Origin: Anolis carolinensis
Taxonomy: Eukaryota
Length of the DNA stretch: 64,000 nt
Direction: 5' to 3'
NCBI RefSeq assembly: GCF_035594765.1
Contig: NC_085846.1
Coordinates: 13,565,190-13,629,189, forward strand
A program made the translations under genes and the position numbers. This document shows, one piece after another, positions 63,721 through 64,000 of this stretch. Every line of letters begins with the position of its first letter. Position 1 is the first letter of the stretch. Below the pieces are notes generated by a model. It was not told the DNA's origin and did not search any database. It saw nothing but the letters and a program-made list of their open reading frames with translations.

Positions 63721-64000
63721 AGGACTGCCTTGTGGGCCTTCCCTACAACCCCACCCATTTGCCCTTACACCTTTTACACCGTTAAGAATAAATACCTTTA
63801 GGCATCTTCTTATCTAGAGAGGGCTGCAGCATTTCCCCATAGCTTCCCCCACTTTTGTAAGGCCTCCTTTACCTTGCATTTGCCCTGATTTGGGTTCCCA
63901 CCCACCCCGAAATAAAGAGCCCAGAGGCGAGGCCCAGAGATCGCTTTGCTGCAGATCTCTGCCAGCCGTAATTGGAAGTCCCCTCCCTTACACCTTGGCC

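Noticed and set aside
62627-63785. Long ORFs of 107-184 aa in the right-hand CpG island
   Set aside because: Low-complexity, GC-driven open frames on both strands with no recognisable domain.

Overview
Squamate reptile genomic DNA; the repeat complement (Sauria SINE, BovB, CR1, L2, Penelope, hAT, pogo and Harbinger MITEs) points to an Anolis-like lizard. The window is the orthologous neighbourhood of human 16p11.2, with all genes on the + strand: the 3' half of KIF22, a complete KCTD13, a compact 4-exon NUFIP2-like gene (~344 aa), a CpG promoter at ~43.2 kb, an intact single-exon 451-aa PIF/Harbinger DDE transposase-derived ORF, TMEM219, and a CpG-island promoter at the right end (probably TAOK2). 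The two main observations: (1) the Harbinger ORF has its own splice acceptor and polyA signal, no visible TIRs or Myb partner, and lies between the only nearby CpG promoter and the TMEM219 coding exons, suggesting a domesticated transposase sharing the TMEM219 promoter as an alternative terminal exon; (2) the NUFIP2-like gene looks like a half-length paralog (possible whole-genome-duplication copy) not known from the human locus, with a promoter rich in CLEAR/E-boxes. Also found: Penelope insertions with minimal hammerhead ribozymes, a composite Helitron and a tRNA-Lys/CR1 chimera. All identifications were made by eye from remembered sequences; no searches were run.
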